From positions 4,960,001 to 5,024,000 of the forward strand of contig CM082590.2 in the NCBI GenBank assembly GCA_040954595.2: a stretch of 64,000 nucleotides of DNA, written 5' to 3'. The position numbers and the translations under genes are program-made. This DNA is from Balanoglossus misakiensis (lineage: Eukaryota; Animalia; Hemichordata). The notes beneath the pieces were generated by a model. The model did not search any database. It saw only the letters and a list, made by a program, of their open reading frames with translations, and was not told where the DNA came from. This document shows, in pieces, positions 61,001 to 64,000 of the stretch (positions within the stretch are counted from its first letter, which is position 1; each line of letters starts with the position of its first letter).

Positions 61001-63908
61001 GTTGCCAGTGCTGAGGCAGAACAGATAATATCTCCAGCTGTAGAACAGTGGGAACAAGCCAAAAGTAGAAGATACCGCACAAAAGTACAGGTGCATGTAC
61101 CATCATCATGTGTAGACAGTGACTCTGATGGGGCTCCAGATGGGGCCATTTATGCTGATGCTTCAGTGCATGTTGATATTGAGGTTGAGACTGAGGAGGA
61201 AAGTGTTTCCATACAACATGAAGTTACAGAAGTGTCAAGTGCTTTAGGGTTATCAGAGGACTCAGACCCAGATAGTGATTTTTAATTTGATTGAAGACTG
61301 TATTGTAACATGATACATAACTAGTGCTGTAATAAAAGGCTGAAACACTCAAATGAGTTTGTGTGTAGAATGAATTGGGGGGGGGGGGGGGGGTTCAAAG
61401 GTCAACATGTCCCCAGCCCCTGCATGATTGGCCCTCTACTTTGCAACTATGGCCCTGAACTTCATATTTTAGTGAAACCCCTGTGAATTAATAAGTCAGT
61501 TCACGTACCTTAGTCTTCGCATTGACATCTGCACCATGGCTAATCAACTCTCTCATAGCATCCAATTCACCTTTCATGGACGCTACATGCAATGCTGTCC
61601 AACCATCCTGGAATGAAGATGTTTAAAGTTGGAATAAAAATGACATCAAATCAACAACACATTTCGCCAAAATTTGGGGTCAAAAACTACTGTCTAAATT
61701 TACAAAAACCTAAATTTACTGTCTATTATGGACAACGTCCGTTCTGTTGTTAGTGAGTTTGAATCTCCCACCATTATGCCAACTCTCGCAAAGTCTCGCC
61801 CTTTTATACGGGAGTTGGGGGTTTAATAGTTAGCCAGTTATGTAAACATGCAGGAATTTGCTGTGTATACAAATGATAGTAGGGGTGTCTCTCTTATTTA
61901 TACAAAGAACTACTGTAAAACACTTTTTTTTTTCGCGAGTAAAAAATTTTCGCGATATCGAGAGAGGCCACTGTTACGCGAGTCTTTATTTTCGCGTTTT
62001 TTTGGCTCTCGCGTATTTAGCGTAAATTTAATGCTAGCGAAAATAAAGTGTTTTACAGTATGTAGTGGTAATTGCTCTTCAAGAGATAAAATATTTTGCG
62101 GTATAAGACAAAATATCCTACAAAATATAAAAGTTCCAAATTACCTCTGATTTGATTCCATTATAATTCTAAAGAAGCCAATCCCATTAACTTACAACTC
62201 AAATTTTAAAGTAATCAGCCATACAGTGTACACTTTCTGAGAAATATAATTTGTTATCAAAATTCGAAAATATGCCCCCAAAATACAAGATATTGCCCCC
62301 ACAAAACATTGGCACTTTAATCAAAGGTTTTGTAAATCATCATGAGAACTCACCCAGGAAAGTAATGGGGGTAGAGGGTCTGAGAAAGAGTATTGACCGA
62401 AAATGGCAAAAATCACTCCAAAAATATATTATTGAATTCATCACGTTGATTTGAAAAACATACATGCAAATCTTACCAAATTTCAGTGCAATCTGACAAG
62501 CGGTTTTAGAGGGAAAAACAATTATCAAAAAAAGCAAAAATTGCTCCAAAATTATAAAGATGCAAATTTTGCAACAATTTAAACAAAACTATAGTAACTC
62601 AGATCACATATATGAAGCTTCATACTAAATGTCAAAGAAGTCGGCTGATCAATTCCAGAAAAGTAGATTTTTTACCAAAAATGTGAAAAAAGACGAAAAA
62701 TGCATAAAAATAGAAAATTCACTCTTTTAGCTCAAAACATACAGAACCGTGTGAGGTTAACAAAAGACTAATTTTCAAATCAATATGACCATTGGTTGTT
62801 GAGTTTCTGAGTTTTCGACCGATTTCACGTTTTCCCAGCTAATTTGCATATTTTTGGCAATGAAAACTACGCACCAAATGGTCCTGGAATGTTTCAAATT
62901 TGAGGCGGCTTTGTCGGCCAGACCTGAGATGGTTTAAAGGATTAACACCTCTCTGCAACACATTGTCTATGGGGACGATCTAGTGCCAGTGGGTCTATGT
63001 TTTGTGTGTGTGTGTGTGTGCGTGCGCGTGCGTGTGTGTGCGTGCGTGCGTGCGTGCGTGTGTGTGTGTGTGTGTGTGTCTGTGTGTGTGTGTGTCTGTC
63101 TGTGTGTGTGTCTGCGTGTGTGCGTATGTATGTGCACGTGTGTGGATACAAACCCTTTCAATTCAAAGGATTAATTCTGTTGTTGCAAATGACAAATAGT
63201 GTCTCGAAAACATTTTGATATAGTTTTACCCAGTGTGAACATGGTATCAGTTTACAGGAGTTTTGTTCAATGTGGTTCAGCTTTAGTGCTACTACAGTAA
63301 CAGCATCAGGGGTGCTATAGAAAGCGGTGTTGCGAACTGCAACAACGTATTTGCAAACAGGAAAGTGCGTAAAATGGACCTTGAAATACGCCGTAGTTGA
63401 GAATTAATTCCTGCCACAGAGAACTTGAAACGCCATAGTTGACCCTCAAAAATACCTAGAAAATATTGGCTGAGGGCACACTCAACATGGTGCAAACTGT
63501 TTGCAGTGGACATCCCAGGGTCGGTTAGTGTATTTTTCGTGGAAAAATTTACATAAGGAATATCTTGTTAGCATCAAAAAACCATTTTATTTCAACAAAA
63601 ATCATTATTTTAAAACAATATTTCCATTAAAAGTTGTTGCTTACCAGAAAGCCAGACTGTCTATTGTTATTTTGTTGTATGTAATTGAAATACAATTTCA
63701 GGTAAATTTATTAAGCTCTTTGCGTGCACTGCACGTGGAAAATAAAATATCAAACGCTAGCCTTGAGCGATGACTCTGTATCAAACATCGGTCAATACAA
63801 AACACTTACCACGAACAGGTCTGTACCCGTTGCATTGACATCATATCCATCAGCTATCAGCGACTGAATCTTTGCAACATCACCCGTCCATGCGGCATCG
63901 AAGAGATC
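35615..63908 (-). CDS. ROCO-family gene: ankyrin repeats-Roc-COR-death domain (DAPK1-like, no kinase in window). The 5' end lies beyond the window and this allele is interrupted by a Crypton. Exons: 63810-63908, 61509-61607, 59376-59474, 58287-58385, 57899-57997, 56959-57057, 56705-56803, 55835-55948, 45987-46052, 45675-45794, 45059-45298, [44613-44731 + 42356-42381], 42018-42166, 38118-38294, 35615-37093
   Basis: All exons have GT-AG borders with compatible phases. Ankyrin TALH/TPLH motifs; Roc P-loop [15 protein letters not shown]3 [15 protein letters not shown]4 ILVASRAD; [32 protein letters not shown]; C-terminal death-domain-like helices. Confidence 0.85.
37624..37925. mobile_element. 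MITE with GGCC ends and TTA/TAA flanks
   Basis: TTA-GGCCAAAATAAAAAATATGTGC ... GCACATATTATTTTTGGGGGGCC-TAA. Confidence 0.6.
38118..38294 (-). CDS. ROCO exon, COR N-terminal part
   Basis: [12 protein letters not shown]...[10 protein letters not shown], 177 nt, phase 0/0. Confidence 0.85.
38654..39095. mobile_element. MITE with ~130-bp perfect TIRs, TAG..CTA ends and a 9-bp TSD (AcademH-like by inference)
   Basis: TSD CAAGTGACC at 38645-38653 and 39096-39104; TIR TAGTCTAGAATCTATCCGTTCG. Confidence 0.85.
39716..41699. mobile_element. Non-autonomous DNA transposon with 20-bp TIR and 3-bp TSD (Academ-like by inference)
   Basis: TGT-CAGTCTTCGGACTGAGCGCG...CGCGCTCAGTCCGAAGACTG-TGT; the empty site GTAGTTGTGGAGAAG is visible in a sibling repeat unit at about 39565. 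Confidence 0.85.
42018..42166 (-). CDS. ROCO exon, end of Roc domain
   Basis: [38 protein letters not shown], phase 1/0. Confidence 0.82.
42356..44731 (-). CDS. ROCO Roc exon split by the Crypton (44613-44731 + 42356-42381 = 145 nt)
   Basis: [20 protein letters not shown]|KLKKEFMAQ then G|GTTGGT donor; phase 1 matches the next exon. Confidence 0.82.
42382..44618 (+). mobile_element. Crypton-type tyrosine-recombinase DNA transposon (2231 bp plus one TTATCA copy)
   Basis: TTATCA direct repeats at 42382-42387 and 44613-44618; the flanks rejoin into one exon; single intronless YR ORF; 3' terminal hairpin 44480-44618; no RT. Confidence 0.9.
42587..43900 (+). CDS. Tyrosine recombinase (Crypton / DUF3504 family, KIAA1958-ZMYM-QRICH1-related), apparently intact
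   Basis: 437 aa; catalytic R (FGLRGRDEH), K (ERDTKTRDG), H-x-x-R (TNHSVR), H (TGHKN), Y (SLQHY); N-terminal [24 protein letters not shown] typical of this family. Confidence 0.93.
   Translation: MAADDIIRWMEEIPKDELDVLLYGLEGESEATVGEDDLASVNDFIKSQRKPSTVRTTERDVAKVRRFIENKYGDTRNLAEIPPKTLNEYLATFFVNLKKADGTDYEPGSVSAVKYSVERFLTQNNYGVSLNDKSFALTNDAIKAKRMQLKKSGMGSGSHASEAISPEEEEAMWKEGKLGSADGDTLNFTLWYLFTKHFGLRGRDEHRKLCFGDITIQRDSSGLDFLEFRERDTKTRDGTYGDRRAVPPRIFSVADSTRNPIRIYREHVQHRPIEKCTLDSPFYLQPIPAVDINSLVWYFDRPMGKNKIASFMPRAAAAMKFGGRKTNHSVRKTTVQTLTKAGIPPQQIIKITGHKNVSSLQHYDTVSIEDHRRISAILSKPSSSTPEDTKPGPVNQQAAPATVFNNCTINMCMPSTAGAGAARKRPRPFVMYDSDSE
45059..45298 (-). CDS. ROCO Roc exon (switch I/II)
   Basis: [28 protein letters not shown]. 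Confidence 0.88.
45675..45794 (-). CDS. ROCO Roc exon (P-loop)
   Basis: [40 protein letters not shown]; not in the ORF track. Confidence 0.88.
45987..46052 (-). CDS. ROCO ankyrin C-cap exon
   Basis: [22 protein letters not shown], 66 nt, GTGAGT donor. Confidence 0.75.
46372..55590. repeat. 225-bp satellite (about 35 copies) filling a ROCO intron, interrupted at 53538-54764
   Basis: Exact 225-bp periodicity in the sequence and the ORF track. Confidence 0.97.
53538..54764. mobile_element. Non-autonomous TIR element inserted in the 225-bp satellite
   Basis: Unit AGACAATCGCCC is split as AGACAAT-TCATGGTTCCAC...GTGGAACTATGA-ATCGCCC (AT or AAT duplication); internal hairpin 54401-54536. Confidence 0.82.
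55835..55948 (-). CDS. ROCO ankyrin exon (114 nt)
   Basis: [38 protein letters not shown]. Confidence 0.82.
56705..56803 (-). CDS. ROCO ankyrin exon (99 nt)
   Basis: [33 protein letters not shown]. Confidence 0.85.
56959..57057 (-). CDS. ROCO ankyrin exon (99 nt)
   Basis: [33 protein letters not shown]. Confidence 0.82.
57899..57997 (-). CDS. ROCO ankyrin exon (99 nt)
   Basis: [33 protein letters not shown]. Confidence 0.85.
58287..58385 (-). CDS. ROCO ankyrin exon (99 nt)
   Basis: [33 protein letters not shown]. Confidence 0.85.
58421..59370 (+). mobile_element. Truncated Ty3/Gypsy-type LTR retrotransposon (5' LTR 58421-58576, PBS, gag)
   Basis: TGTAAC...GTTATA LTR; PBS TGGTGGCAGCGATGGGATTCGA matches the tRNA-Leu 3' end; a gag ORF follows. 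Confidence 0.85.
58684..59292 (+). pseudogene. Retrotransposon gag (capsid) fragment
   Basis: [66 protein letters not shown]; no zinc knuckle or pol. Confidence 0.82.
59376..59474 (-). CDS. ROCO ankyrin exon (99 nt)
   Basis: [33 protein letters not shown]. Confidence 0.85.
59735..61483 (+). mobile_element. 5'-truncated, decayed hAT transposon (ZNF862-like transposase pseudogene)
   Basis: [41 protein letters not shown] across frameshifted ORFs 59776-61285; right end GTGAAACCCCTG (CAGGGG TIR). Confidence 0.88.
61509..61607 (-). CDS. ROCO ankyrin exon (99 nt)
   Basis: [33 protein letters not shown]. Confidence 0.85.
61913..62058. mobile_element. Tc1/mariner-type MITE (TA flanks); related partial copy at about 32341-32470
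   Basis: TA-CTGTAAAACACTTT...AAAGTGTTTTACAG-TA. Confidence 0.75.
63003..63145. repeat. (TG)n/(TGCG)n microsatellite
   Basis: Directly visible. Confidence 0.95.
63810..63908 (-). CDS. ROCO ankyrin N-cap exon (99 nt)
   Basis: [33 protein letters not shown]; CAG acceptor, GTAAGT donor. Confidence 0.8.
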
Positions 63909-64000
63909 CTGTAACATTCAACAAGAAACACTTCTTTTATCAAAATATTCTCAAAATGCAATTATAAGCAACAGAAATATAAAACAAAGGAAAACATTGA

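Overview
Eukaryotic (animal, probably marine invertebrate) genomic DNA: AT-rich, spliceosomal introns, dense in tandem repeats and transposons. Two multi-exon genes can be reconstructed by hand. (1) A plus-strand PIF1-family helicase with a C-terminal PHD finger (373-5491, 7 exons, one GC-AG intron, two apparent frameshifts). (2) A minus-strand ROCO gene (ankyrin repeats-Roc GTPase-COR-death domain, DAPK1-like but with no kinase in the window) from beyond 63908 down to 35615. Its ankyrin repeats are each encoded by a phase-0 exon (mostly 99 bp); recently duplicated exons are identical in the scaffold and differ at surface-residue codons. One Roc exon is split at the G4 motif by an intact 2231-bp tyrosine-recombinase (Crypton-type) element bounded by TTATCA direct repeats, whose precise removal restores the reading frame. 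The element carries an internal inverted copy of its own end-to-end junction, and the same architecture recurs in an unrelated non-autonomous dimer at 32640-33262. The rest is satellite arrays (91, 275, 277, 225, 51 and about 180 bp), MITEs and non-autonomous DNA transposons, a truncated Gypsy-type LTR/gag and a decayed hAT transposase. All coordinates were read by eye and no searches were run.
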